From an uncultured delta proteobacterium (GTDB taxonomy: Bacteria; Desulfobacterota; Desulfobaccia; Desulfobaccales; 0-14-0-80-60-11): DNA of 64,000 nucleotides. Positions 45,105 to 54,748 of this stretch are shown here, in pieces. Below the pieces are notes generated by a model. The model ran no database searches. It was given only the letters and a program-made list of their open reading frames with translations, and was not told where the DNA came from. A program made the position numbers and the translations under genes. The stretch is from positions 256,001 through 320,000 of the forward strand of contig CAWETI010000003.1 in NCBI GenBank assembly GCA_963812015.1. Reading direction: 5' to 3'. Each line of letters starts with the position of its first letter. Position 1 is the first letter of the stretch.

Positions 45105-45292
45105 TTTGAGGAGAGGGCCGGGGGGCGCCCTTACGAAAAATTCCCCCGCCCTCCCCTCAAACTCCCCTCCCAGCCCCCCGTAAGGGGAAAGGCGGGCACA
45201 GCCCGCCTTTTTTGATTCTTGAATTAAGGGGTTGGGGATAGGGGTTTGGGGGAAGGGGTAGGGGCCTCGGCCCCTAGCCCCTTCCCCCAAAA
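45105..45292. repeat. Family A palindromic repeat with a nested hairpin insertion
   Basis: Core plus CTTACGAAAAA; AAAGGCGGGCACAGCCCGCCTTT insert between TAAGGGG direct repeats; lies between convergent genes. Confidence 0.85.
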
Positions 45293-45760
45293 TTATTTTA
45301 CGTCTTCCAACGCCTCCCAGGCCAGGGCCACGGCTTCCGCGGGGGTGCCGGCCCGTTGCAGTCCCGGCAGGTCCCAGGACACGTTCAGGGCGATCACCGG
45401 TTTGCCCAGCTTCAGGGCGATAGCCGCTTCGGACACGGTGCCGTAGCTGCCGTCCACCGCGATGAGGGCGTCGGCGCTGTGGGCCATAAGGACGTTCCGG
45501 GCATGTCCCAGGTTGGTGGCGATGGTATAGGTAAGGTGGGGGTTGGCCCGTCGGCGGTCCCCATCGGGTAAGATCCCCAGGCTGACGCCCCCCGCCTCCC
45601 GGGCCCCCTGGGCCGCCGCGGCCATCACCCCGCCCAGGCCGCCGCACAGGAGCACCGCCCCTCGTTCCGCCACCTGCCGGCCGACTTCCCGGGCGAGACC
45701 GGCGGTCTCGGGGCCGGTCTCGCTCCCGCCGATTACCGCGATATATACCGGTTGGGCCAT
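45293..45760 (-). CDS. TIGR00725/LOG-family protein
   Basis: IAVIGG, CGGLGGVM, ARN and GSYGTVSE. Confidence 0.85.
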   Translation of the reverse strand: MAQPVYIAVIGGSETGPETAGLAREVGRQVAERGAVLLCGGLGGVMAAAAQGAREAGGVSLGILPDGDRRRANPHLTYTIATNLGHARNVLMAHSADALIAVDGSYGTVSEAAIALKLGKPVIALNVSWDLPGLQRAGTPAEAVALAWEALEDVK

Positions 45761-45858
45761 TTCTTCCCCTCTTTGCCGCCGTGATGATTAAACGATTTTT
45801 CGCGTTAATATCAGGTTGCGGTCACACCCGTGAACCTAACATGAAAAGCCTATGGGCG

Positions 45859-45989
45859 GGTGGGGCGGCCGTCCCTGGCCGCCTTTGGTTGGCGGGCACG
45901 GAGGCCCGCCCCACCGGGTTATCTTCATATAAAGTGAAGGATCTTAACTTATTAAAAATACAAGCTTCTTCTCCATGCTCAGAATGACA
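45859..45989. repeat. REP doublet (45859-45915) followed by a partial family C repeat
   Basis: GGTGGGGCGGCCGTCCCTGGCCGCC..GGCGGGCACGGAGGCCCGCCCCACC; GCTCAGAATGACA. Confidence 0.65.
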
Positions 45990-46168
45990 ATTCTCTCTCA
46001 AGCCAGGTTTTGCAATGGCCGGTAGTATAACCGCCACGGGGCTTGAAATGGCGGCGCATAAACTTTTTGCATTTGCCGGCCGACATGACTACATTATAAG
46101 AAACCCGGGGGTTAGCGGATAGGTAAATCATCCCCGGCCCCCGGACTTTTCCGGATGACGGGGCCGCC

Positions 46169-47023
46169 ATGCTCCCGATGCCAAAAACGTTGATCCTCTC
46201 CCTTTCACTGGGGCTCGCCTTGCTGGCGACGGCGTGCGCCACCGCGCCCTTTACCGGCCGGCATCAGGTCCTCATCACCTCCGAAGGCAGCGAGACCAGG
46301 ATGGGTTTGCAAGCTTTCCAGCAGGTAAAACGGCAATATCGGGTCTCTCATGACCCGGAAATCAACGCGATGGTAAACCGGGTGGGGCAGCGCATCGCCG
46401 CCGCGGCCCAGCGCCCCGACTACCGCTGGGAGTTTGTGGTCTTTGAAAACCAGGATGCCAACGCCTTCTGCTTGCCCGGGGGCAAGGTGGGCATCTTCAC
46501 CGGCATTTTGCAGTACACCCAGGACGAGGCCGGTCTGGCCACGGTGATCTCCCACGAAGTGGCCCACGCCCTGGCCCGCCATGCCGGGGAGCGCATGAGC
46601 CAGTCCATGCTGGCCCAGGCTGGGGGCATCGGTTTGGGGGCGGCCGTGGGGGGGATGGGCTCCCTCGCCGGCACGGCCATCATGCAGGGCTACAGCCTGG
46701 GCACCCAGTTGGGCATCTTGCTGCCTTACAGCCGGACTCAGGAGTACGAGGCGGACCACATCGGGGTCATCCTCATGGCCAAGGCGGGATACGACCCGGC
46801 CCAGGCCCTGGAGTTCTGGCGGCGCATGATGGCCATGGACAAGAAGGCCAAGCCGCCGCAGTTCATGGCCACTCACCCCAGCGACGCCAGCCGGCTCCGG
46901 GAACTCCAGGATTTTCTGCCCGAGGCCGAAAAATACTACGTCCCCGCCCCTGAGGCGGAAACCCCGCCCCCGTGCCAACCCGGGGCCCCGGAGGCCGGGC
47001 GCTGGCTGCCCGCGCCCAGATAA
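46169..47023 (+). CDS. M48 family zinc metallopeptidase, lipoprotein
   Basis: Lipobox-like ATAC, NAFCLPGG, SHEVAH (HExxH), EYEAD and ATHP. Confidence 0.92.
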   Translation: MLPMPKTLILSLSLGLALLATACATAPFTGRHQVLITSEGSETRMGLQAFQQVKRQYRVSHDPEINAMVNRVGQRIAAAAQRPDYRWEFVVFENQDANAFCLPGGKVGIFTGILQYTQDEAGLATVISHEVAHALARHAGERMSQSMLAQAGGIGLGAAVGGMGSLAGTAIMQGYSLGTQLGILLPYSRTQEYEADHIGVILMAKAGYDPAQALEFWRRMMAMDKKAKPPQFMATHPSDASRLRELQDFLPEAEKYYVPAPEAETPPPCQPGAPEAGRWLPAPR

Positions 47024-47128
47024 GTCTCTCCTCAGGGGAAGTCCGTTCTCCCCATGCAGGGGCGCAGCCAGAGCCTCCACCTACGAAAAACCAAAAACAA
47101 AAAACTGATTGAGGGCGAATTGGCAGAT

Positions 47129-47262
47129 TAGCAGGCTGTTAAAAAAGCACAATTTCCCCAGGTTGTCATTCTGACCGAAGGGAAGAATCTCGTATTTTCA
47201 AGTAGATGAGATCCTTCGCGGCGCTCAGGATGACAAAAAAGCCGATTTTTCAACATCTGTTA
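47129..47262. mobile_element. MITE-like element with imperfect terminal inverted repeats enclosing a family C palindrome
   Basis: TAGCAGGCTGTTAAAAAA ... TTTTTCAACATCTGTTA; internal TGTCATTCTGA..TCAGGATGACA. Confidence 0.5.
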
Positions 47263-47344
47263 TGTATCGAATTCCCCAGGAGGGGGAGACTGGCGGTGGG
47301 ACACGCGGGATGGCGTGAAAGTTTTTGGGTGATGTTCCAAAAGC

Positions 47345-47589
47345 TTACGGTTCGCGGACGGGGTCCCCGGCCTCGGCCATGGCGGCCAGGATTTCTTTGG
47401 CCCGGGCCTCGTCTTCCGCGGCCACCATGAGGTGCACCCCCCGGATGAACTGGAGGGGGGAAAAGTCCCGCTGGCGTCATCGGCCATGACCATGGCCTCG
47501 ATGCCCTCGGACTCCAGCAGCCCCGCGGCCATCTCGGCCTCGATGCGGTTGGAAAAGGTTTCCAGGACGATGGCGTCGTCGCGGTTCAA
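47345..47589 (-). pseudogene. DUF2007-family protein with a frameshift in a C6 tract
   Basis: N-terminus FSNRIEAEMAAGLLESEGI; adding one C at 47455-47460 restores LQFIRGVHLMVAAEDEARAKEIL to TAA 47345. Confidence 0.75.
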
Positions 47590-47623
47590 TATTGAGCCCC
47601 TCTTTTGGAAGTAAGAGAAGATG

Positions 47624-48070
47624 TTAGTGGTTGACTATCGGTAATCTTGATCGTCCAGGAATATTATCCATGAGTTGAAGGAGCTTTGTTGTTGTTATTG
47701 GGCGCTGGCCATTTTTTTGCATTTTCCCAGCATGTTCCCATGCTATCTCCCCTGGCCCATTAAAAATCTCTTTAATAGCCCCCTCCTTGGTAATCAATAT
47801 AACAATCAAGTGCTGTGGATTAGAACGTAGCCCGACTTTTGACCCTTGGGTTGCTTTTATTTGAATAAGAATGCCATTTGGTGCCTTAGCATCATGCCCC
47901 TCGACAGAACAATTCAAAAGCTCTAATCCATAACGATGCGCTGCTAAGACTTCTCCTAAGCTTCCAACAAGATGTCCGTCAAGCGTAAAAGGTCTACCTG
48001 GGAACAGCGCTTCTAACTCAGATACAACCGCGTATAATCGTTTAATCAGACTTGGTATCTTTCTAACCAT
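47624..48070 (-). CDS. AT-rich DUF6998-like protein, putative PD-(D/E)xK nuclease fold
   Basis: FTLDGHLVGSLGEV, GHDA and IQIKAT. Confidence 0.65.
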   Translation of the reverse strand: MVRKIPSLIKRLYAVVSELEALFPGRPFTLDGHLVGSLGEVLAAHRYGLELLNCSVEGHDAKAPNGILIQIKATQGSKVGLRSNPQHLIVILITKEGAIKEIFNGPGEIAWEHAGKMQKNGQRPITTTKLLQLMDNIPGRSRLPIVNH

Positions 48071-48083
48071 TTAGTTCCTTCAT

Positions 48084-48162
48084 CCCCTTTAAGGGATTGG
48101 GGTGGGGGTCTGGCGGAGGGGGTAAGGGTTACTTACGAAAAAGCCCTTAGCCCCTTCCCCCA
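48084..48162. repeat. Family A repeat, partial copy
   Basis: GGGGGTAAGGG-TTACTTACGAAAAAG-CCCTTAGCCCC. Confidence 0.65.
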
Positions 48163-48176
48163 GCGGCCTCACCCCT

Positions 48177-49334
48177 TTAACTCTCCTCCCGCGGTTCTTC
48201 GGACTCCGGGAAGATCACCAGGTTATCCCGGTGGATGACTTCGTCGTAGCCCTTATGGCCCAGGGATTGGGCGATTTCTTGCGATTGGCGCCCCTTGATC
48301 TGGCCGATTTCTCTCGCCGAGTAGTTGGTGAGGCCCACCGCGAAGGGTTTGCCTTCGGAGTCCATGAGGTGGACCGCGTCGCCCTTGCGGAAGCCCCCGA
48401 AGACCTCCAGGATGCCCGCCGGGAGCAGGCTTTTGTGGCGCTGCACCAGGGCCGCCCGGGCCCCGTGATCCACCAGGATGGCCCCCTTGGGGGTGACGTT
48501 GTAGGCCAGCCAGCACTGGCGGCTGGTGAGTTTCTGCTCCTGGGGCAGGAACAGGGTTCCCATGGCTTCGCCGCCAAAGATTTTTTCCAGGATGCCCGGG
48601 GTCAGGCCGTTGGCGATGAGGGTGGGGATGCCCGCGGCCCCGGCCTTCTTGGCGGCTTGGAGCTTGGTCACCATGCCGCCCCGGCCCAGGGCACCGGGCC
48701 GTTTGCCCGCGGCCTTCTCCACCTTGGCGTCGATGGTGGGAACCAGGGCAACCAGCCGGGCGTCGGGGTGTTCCCGGGGGTCTTTATCATAGAGGCCGTC
48801 GATATCGGTGAGGATCACCAGGAGGTCGGCCCCCACCAGGTTGCAGATCAGGGCGGCCAGGTTGTCGTTGTCCCCGAACTTCAGCTCGTCCGTGGCCACG
48901 GTGTCGTTTTCGTTGATGATGGGGACCACCTGCCAGCCGAGCAGTGTTAAGAGGGTGTTGCGGGCGTTCAAGAAGCGGATGCGGGATTCCAGGTCGTCGT
49001 GGGTGAGGAGGATCTGGGCCACCTTGAGGCCGAATTCGGCAAAGGCCTCCTCGTAGGTGAGGATCAGGGCGCTTTGGCCGGCGGCGGCCACCGCCTGGGC
49101 CTGGGGGATGCCGGTGGGGCGGGACGTGAGCCCCAGCTTGCGGCAGCCCGCGGCCACGGCCCCGGAAGATACCAGGATGAACTCCCGTTCCCCGGAGCTG
49201 AGACGCCCGATCTCCCCCACCAGGCGCTGGATGAGGCACTGGTTGAGGCCGTCGTCGGCGGTGAGGACCGCGCTCCCCAGTTTGAGGACGACCCGCTTGG
49301 CTTTATTCAGATAGTTCTGTCGTGAGGAATCCAT
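48177..49334 (-). CDS. proB: Glutamate 5-kinase with PUA domain
   Basis: VLKLGS, VSSGA, INENDTV, FGDND and GGMVTKL. Confidence 0.96.
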   Translation of the reverse strand: MDSSRQNYLNKAKRVVLKLGSAVLTADDGLNQCLIQRLVGEIGRLSSGEREFILVSSGAVAAGCRKLGLTSRPTGIPQAQAVAAAGQSALILTYEEAFAEFGLKVAQILLTHDDLESRIRFLNARNTLLTLLGWQVVPIINENDTVATDELKFGDNDNLAALICNLVGADLLVILTDIDGLYDKDPREHPDARLVALVPTIDAKVEKAAGKRPGALGRGGMVTKLQAAKKAGAAGIPTLIANGLTPGILEKIFGGEAMGTLFLPQEQKLTSRQCWLAYNVTPKGAILVDHGARAALVQRHKSLLPAGILEVFGGFRKGDAVHLMDSEGKPFAVGLTNYSAREIGQIKGRQSQEIAQSLGHKGYDEVIHRDNLVIFPESEEPREES

Positions 49335-49377
49335 GGCCGTTGTGCCTGGTGTCTCGTCGCGCAACTTTTATGACCAA

Positions 49378-50421
49378 TCATGAGATTGCCACAGGCATTG
49401 AACACGCTAAATCCTGAGACCTTACAAAAGATTCCCAGATGGCCTCCCGCAAGGGGGAGAGCCCGTCGCCGGTGTAGGCCGATAGGGCGAACACCCGGCA
49501 GCCGGTTTTTTTATAAGCCAGGATTATCTGGGCCAGGGGAAAGTCCGGGGCCAGCGCATCTATCTTATTTAACGCCACCAGGCGTGGTTTGTCCAGCAGA
49601 GAGGGGTCAAAGGCGCGCATTTCTTCTTCCAACATCTGAAGGGGCGCCAGGGGGTCGGCCGGGTCCACAAAGCTTATGTCGATGACCTGGACGAGGAGCC
49701 GGGTGCGCGTCAGATGCCGCAAAAATCGGTGGCCCAGACCTTTGCCCAGGTGGGCGCCGGTGATGAGGCCGGGGATTTCGGCCAGGATCAGGGGTTCCCG
49801 GTCATACTCCGGGGGCATAACCCCCAACTGGGGGGTCAGGGTGGTGAAGGGAAAGGCGCCGACCCGGGCCGAGGAGGCGGTGAGGGCCTTGAGCAGGGTG
49901 GTTTTGCCCGCATTGGGGGCCCCCATCAGTCCCACATCCGCCAGGATCTGGAGTTCCAGGTGAATCTGGCGCTCCCGTCCCGGTTCGCCGGGTTGGCAGA
50001 AGCGGGGAGAGCGCATCCGGGAAGAAACGAAGTGGGCGTTGCCCTTGCCGCCCCGGCCGCCTTTGGCCAGGATCAGGCGCTCCCCGGGGGTCATGAGGTC
50101 AGCTATGAGCCTGCCGGTGTCGCCGTCAAAGACCCGGGTGCCCAGGGGCACCGGCACGATCACCGTGGCGCCATTTTTGCCGTGACGGTCCTGGCCCTGG
50201 CCCCGGCGGCCGTTTTCAGCCAGAAGGACGCGCCGGCGCCGAAAATGGCTCAGGGTGCGCAGAGCAGGGGAGACTTCGAGGATGACATCGCCGCCGGACC
50301 CGCCATCACCGCCGTTGGGTCGGCCCCGGGCTTGGAAGCGGGCTCGGAGGAAGCTGACACAGCCCGGGCCGCCGTTGCCGGCCCGGACCGTGATATCGAC
50401 TTCGTCAGGAAAGGACTTCAA
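49378..50421 (-). CDS. obgE: GTPase Obg/CgtA
   Basis: Gly-rich Obg fold, [13 protein letters not shown] and NKID. Confidence 0.95.
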   Translation of the reverse strand: MKSFPDEVDITVRAGNGGPGCVSFLRARFQARGRPNGGDGGSGGDVILEVSPALRTLSHFRRRRVLLAENGRRGQGQDRHGKNGATVIVPVPLGTRVFDGDTGRLIADLMTPGERLILAKGGRGGKGNAHFVSSRMRSPRFCQPGEPGRERQIHLELQILADVGLMGAPNAGKTTLLKALTASSARVGAFPFTTLTPQLGVMPPEYDREPLILAEIPGLITGAHLGKGLGHRFLRHLTRTRLLVQVIDISFVDPADPLAPLQMLEEEMRAFDPSLLDKPRLVALNKIDALAPDFPLAQIILAYKKTGCRVFALSAYTGDGLSPLREAIWESFVRSQDLACSMPVAIS

Positions 50422-50675
50422 GTTGGAGGATAGACGCTGACCCGCTTGCGATCTTTACCAAAGGCCTCGAATTTTACCACGCCGTCGATCTTGGTGAACA
50501 GGGTGAAATCACGGCCCATGCCCACGTTGGTCCCCGGGTGGATGCGGGTGCCCACCTGACGCACCAGGATCGTGCCTGCCTTTACCGTCTGCCCGGCGAA
50601 CCTTTTCACCCCGCGACGTTTCCCGGCGCTATCCCGACCGTTGCGTGAGCTGCCGCCAGCTTTTTTGTGTGCCAT
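50418..50675 (-). CDS. rpmA: 50S ribosomal protein L27
   Basis: [16 protein letters not shown]. Confidence 0.98.
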   Translation of the reverse strand: MAHKKAGGSSRNGRDSAGKRRGVKRFAGQTVKAGTILVRQVGTRIHPGTNVGMGRDFTLFTKIDGVVKFEAFGKDRKRVSVYPPT

Positions 50676-50771
50676 GGTTGATCTCCTGCGCCACTCGCCA
50701 CCGAATTATGCATCGGGCCCCCCCTTGCGGGCCGGGTCGCCCCGAGATGGCGTGGCGGTAATCTGGCTTAA

Positions 50772-51083
50772 TTATAAAATAATTTCATCAATTTTCAAGG
50801 CGGTGAACAATTGCCGGTGGCCCTGTTTGCGGCGATAATTCTTCCGGCGCTTCTTTTTGAAGATCAGAACCTTCTTGCCTTTGCCCTGGCGCACAATCTG
50901 GGTGCGCACGGTGGCGTTGGGCACCAGGGGTTGGCCCACCTGGACCGCGACCCCATCAGTCACCAGAAGCACCTGGTCCAGAACCACTTCATCGCCGCGC
51001 TCGCCGGGGAGGTGTTCCACCCGGAGCACATCTCCGGGAGAGACGCGATATTGTTTCCCGCCGGTTTTAATAATGGCGTACAC
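50772..51083 (-). CDS. rplU: 50S ribosomal protein L21
   Basis: YAIIKTGGKQYRV..KKKRRKNYRRKQGHRQ; GTG start after GGAGG. Confidence 0.97.
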   Translation of the reverse strand: MYAIIKTGGKQYRVSPGDVLRVEHLPGERGDEVVLDQVLLVTDGVAVQVGQPLVPNATVRTQIVRQGKGKKVLIFKKKRRKNYRRKQGHRQLFTALKIDEIIL

Positions 51084-51365
51084 TATAGCCTCCACAAGAA
51101 TCAGGACTTTAGACAATTAATTTTACCGGGTTTTGCCATCTTGTCAACCCATGGGCGTGATTCATTTACCGAAAGGACCTCTTTTTTAGGGCGTTAAGAA
51201 AGTTGGCAATTTATCCGACCCCTCCAACAGCCTGCGATTGACTCGACTCTTTGCCCGGATTATTATGACGGAAACTCAGCTTTTTGCCACCGCAAATTTT
51301 CTGGCCTCCCGGGCCGCAACGGGACGGGCATTGCGGGGGGATCGCCTTCCCCTCACGGAGCAGAT

Positions 51366-53882
51366 ATGGATAGCTTACCGGCGAAAATCTCACCCCAGGG
51401 ATACGTGGTAATCCACGGCCATTTTTATCAACCCCCCCGGGAAAATCCCTGGATCGAGCAGATCGAAGTGGAGCCCAGCGCCTTTCCCTTCCACGACTGG
51501 AATGCCCGCATCACTGCCGAGTGTTATCGCCCCAACGGCGTGGCCCGGGTCTACGACGGCCAGGGCCGTATCCTGGATATTGTCAATAACTATCAGCATG
51601 TTAGCTTTAATTTCGGCCCCACCCTGATCAGTTGGCTCAAGGGGCAGGCGTCGAACACCTATGCCAAGATCCTGGAGGCCGATGCCCAGAGTCTGGCGGC
51701 CCTGGGGCACGGCAACGCCATCGCCCAGGCCTACAACCATGCCATCCTGCCCCTGTCCAAGCCCCGGGACCGGGAGACCCAGGTCATCTGGGGCCTCAAG
51801 GACTTCGAGCACCGGTTCCGGCGGCCGGCCGCGGCTATGTGGCTACCGGAGACCGCGGTGAATTATCCCACCCTGGCCACCCTGGTGGATCACGGCATGA
51901 AGTTCGTGCTCCTGTCCCCTTACCAGGCCAAGCGGGTGCGCCCCCTGGCCGGCGGGGAGTGGACTCCGGTAGCGGGGAGCCTGGATACCACCCAGGCATA
52001 CCGCTGTTATTTGCCCGAGAGCGCCGGTGACATCAGGAAGCGGCGCTTTATTGACGTCTTTTTCTATAACGGCGAAGTGGCCGCGGATATCAGTTTCGGG
52101 GACCTGCTCACCGACAGCCACCGCCTGACGGCCCGGCTGGTGGACGGTTTTGTCCCGGCCCGCCAGCGTCCGCAGCTCCTGCACGTGGCCACCGACGGGG
52201 AGAATTACGGGCACCACAAGAAATTCGGCGAGCTGGCCCTGGCCCATGCCCTGACCCAGGTGCTGCCCCAGAAGGGGTTTCAGGTCACCAATTACGCCGC
52301 GTTTTTGGAGCTGGCGCCGCCCAAAATGGAGGTGGAACTCTCCCTGGGGGCCCAGGGCGAAGGCAGTTCCTGGAGCTGCGCCCACGGGGTGGGGCGCTGG
52401 AAGGAGAACTGCGGCTGTTCCACCGGGGGCCAACCCACCTGGAATCAGCGCTGGCGGGCCCCACTGCGGGAGTCCTTTGATTTTTTGAATGAGAAACTGG
52501 CGGGCATCTTCGAGGACCAGGGCCAGAAGTACTTCCAGGACCCCTGGCAGGCCCGCAACGCTTACGTGGACGTCTTTTTCGACCGCAGCGCCGATGTGCT
52601 GGAGGGCTTTTTCGCCAAGCAGGGCAGGCCCAACCTGACGGAAGACGACCGGGTGGCGGCCTTAAAACTCCTGGAAATGGAGCGCCACTCCCTGCTCATG
52701 TATACCAGTTGCGGCTGGTTCTTTGCCGATATCTCAGGGCTGGAGTCCTTGCAGGTAATCAAGTACGCCGCCAGGGCCCTGCAATTGGGCCAGCATTTTA
52801 CCTCCGAGTCCCTGGAGCCCCCCTTTCTGAAAATCCTGGAGCGGGCGGTGAGCAATATTCCCAAGGAGGGGAACGGCCTCACCATTTATCAGCAGCGGAT
52901 CAAACCCGCGGTGGTGGACTATCCCAAGGTGGCCAACCAGTGGGTGATTTCCTGGCTCAAAGACCGGAAGCGCCAGTGTCCCCACCACATTTACCAATAC
53001 CGGGCTGAAGCCATGGACCTGGAGGAGAAGACCCAGGGCTCGCTCCTGTTCGCCGCCGGGCGTTTGCACCTGACGTCGGGCATCACCCGGGAAAAGCGGA
53101 CTCTGGCGTTTTTCACCGCGTTTTTGGGCAGCTATCTCTACCGCACCCAGGTACAGACCCACCCTGCCCCCCAGGAGTTTCTCACCTTGCGTAATGAATT
53201 CTTCCGGGTCCTGGAAGAGACCCCGGAGGATTTGATCCCCCTTATGGTCCGGCGTCTGGGGGAAACCTATTACAGCATCCATGATGTGTTCCAGGAAGAG
53301 AAACTCCAGGTCTTTCACGACTTGTTGCGCCACAACCGGGAAGAGGCGGTGGAACAGGTGGCCCATAGTTTTGAAGAAACTCGGCCCTTGCTCAAGGCCA
53401 TGGCGGTTGAAGGCCTGCCGGTGCCGCGCCTGTACCGGGCCCTGGGCGAAATTACCCTGAACCGGCGGCTGGTGGAGCTCTTGCGCCGCATGGAGCCGGA
53501 GCCGGCTTCTTTGGCCACCTCCGAGGAGATTCTGGCGGTAATCCAGGATGCCCAGCTTATGGGGTTGAAACTGGAGACCCATGAGGGGGCCGAAATCCTG
53601 GGGCGCATCCTCCACCAACACCTCCTGGACCTGGCCGACGCCTTCCAGACGGAAACCGTGACCCGCCTGGACGACTTTTTGAGTTTCGTGGGGCGGATAC
53701 CCCTTACCCTGGAACTCACCGAGGCCCAGAATTTCCTCTTTGCCCTGATGCAGGACCGTTTCCCGGCGGTGGCGGCCCGGGCGGGCCAGGACCCGACCGC
53801 CCAGAACCTGGCCAAACAGCTGGTGGCCTTGATGGAGACCGTGCACTTCAGTCCGATGCGCTATCTGAAATTGTTGGCGTAA
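51366..53882 (+). CDS. GH57-family glycoside hydrolase with DUF3536
   Basis: HGHFYQPPRENPW, WLPETAV, ATDGENYGHH, SWSCAHGV.RW and MYTSCGWFF. Confidence 0.9.
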   Translation: MDSLPAKISPQGYVVIHGHFYQPPRENPWIEQIEVEPSAFPFHDWNARITAECYRPNGVARVYDGQGRILDIVNNYQHVSFNFGPTLISWLKGQASNTYAKILEADAQSLAALGHGNAIAQAYNHAILPLSKPRDRETQVIWGLKDFEHRFRRPAAAMWLPETAVNYPTLATLVDHGMKFVLLSPYQAKRVRPLAGGEWTPVAGSLDTTQAYRCYLPESAGDIRKRRFIDVFFYNGEVAADISFGDLLTDSHRLTARLVDGFVPARQRPQLLHVATDGENYGHHKKFGELALAHALTQVLPQKGFQVTNYAAFLELAPPKMEVELSLGAQGEGSSWSCAHGVGRWKENCGCSTGGQPTWNQRWRAPLRESFDFLNEKLAGIFEDQGQKYFQDPWQARNAYVDVFFDRSADVLEGFFAKQGRPNLTEDDRVAALKLLEMERHSLLMYTSCGWFFADISGLESLQVIKYAARALQLGQHFTSESLEPPFLKILERAVSNIPKEGNGLTIYQQRIKPAVVDYPKVANQWVISWLKDRKRQCPHHIYQYRAEAMDLEEKTQGSLLFAAGRLHLTSGITREKRTLAFFTAFLGSYLYRTQVQTHPAPQEFLTLRNEFFRVLEETPEDLIPLMVRRLGETYYSIHDVFQEEKLQVFHDLLRHNREEAVEQVAHSFEETRPLLKAMAVEGLPVPRLYRALGEITLNRRLVELLRRMEPEPASLATSEEILAVIQDAQLMGLKLETHEGAEILGRILHQHLLDLADAFQTETVTRLDDFLSFVGRIPLTLELTEAQNFLFALMQDRFPAVAARAGQDPTAQNLAKQLVALMETVHFSPMRYLKLLA

Positions 53883-54067
53883 GCCTGGGTGAGCCTGGCG
53901 GAAGCGTCACCTTTTCCCCAGGCCCGGGGCCGGTGCCGCTCAATGAGATTTTTTTGTTAAATCTAAACCAATTCTGGTTGTTGATCTGATCCTTAGGATA
54001 TTTCAAGCTGTTATCGCAAACTGAGCCGGATTAAAGTTTAATTTCAGGATTTCCCATGGGAGGCAGT

Positions 54068-54661
54068 ATGAGTCCGCTGGCGCGACTTGGGAGGATGGTT
54101 GAGGAATCCATACGCCTCAAAGACCGGTTTTTTACCGAGCACGGGGAAAAAGTTTTGGTGGCAGCCCAATTGCTGGTCGAGGTGTTCCAGACCGGAGGCC
54201 GGGTGCTGATTTTCGGCAACGGCGGCTCCGCCGCGGACGCCCAGCACCTGGCGGCGGAGTTCGTCAACCGGTTCCAGGTGGAGCGGCCGCCCCTGGCCGC
54301 CCTGGCCCTGACCACCGACACCTCGATCCTCACCGCGGTGGGCAACGACTATGATTTCCGGGAGATTTTCGCCAAGCAGGTGAGGGCCTTGGGAAGGCTC
54401 GGCGACCTGGCCTGGGGCATCAGCACCAGCGGCAACTCTCCCAACGTGGTGGCGGGGCTTACTACGGCCCGGGAGTTGGGTTTGAGAACCCTGGCCTTGA
54501 GCGGCGGTGAGGGCGGGCCGGTGGCCGCCGCCGCGGAGATGGCCCTCATCGTGCCCTCCCGCACCACCCCCCGGGTCCAGGAAGTCCATATCACCCTGGG
54601 CCACGCGCTCTGCGACCTGGTTGATTACCTGTTGTTCCCGGAAAAATTCGCGGGAGAGTAA
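54068..54661 (+). CDS. gmhA: Phosphoheptose isomerase
   Basis: GNGGSAADAQH, NDY, ISTSGNS and RVQEVH. Confidence 0.94.
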   Translation: MSPLARLGRMVEESIRLKDRFFTEHGEKVLVAAQLLVEVFQTGGRVLIFGNGGSAADAQHLAAEFVNRFQVERPPLAALALTTDTSILTAVGNDYDFREIFAKQVRALGRLGDLAWGISTSGNSPNVVAGLTTARELGLRTLALSGGEGGPVAAAAEMALIVPSRTTPRVQEVHITLGHALCDLVDYLLFPEKFAGE

Positions 54662-54748
54662 TTCAATGGAAGGCAGGCGCCCCCGCCTGTCGAGGAACCG
54701 CCGGGGGCGGCGATTCTCCATTTCTTCTCAGGAAATGCCGGAGGCCGG

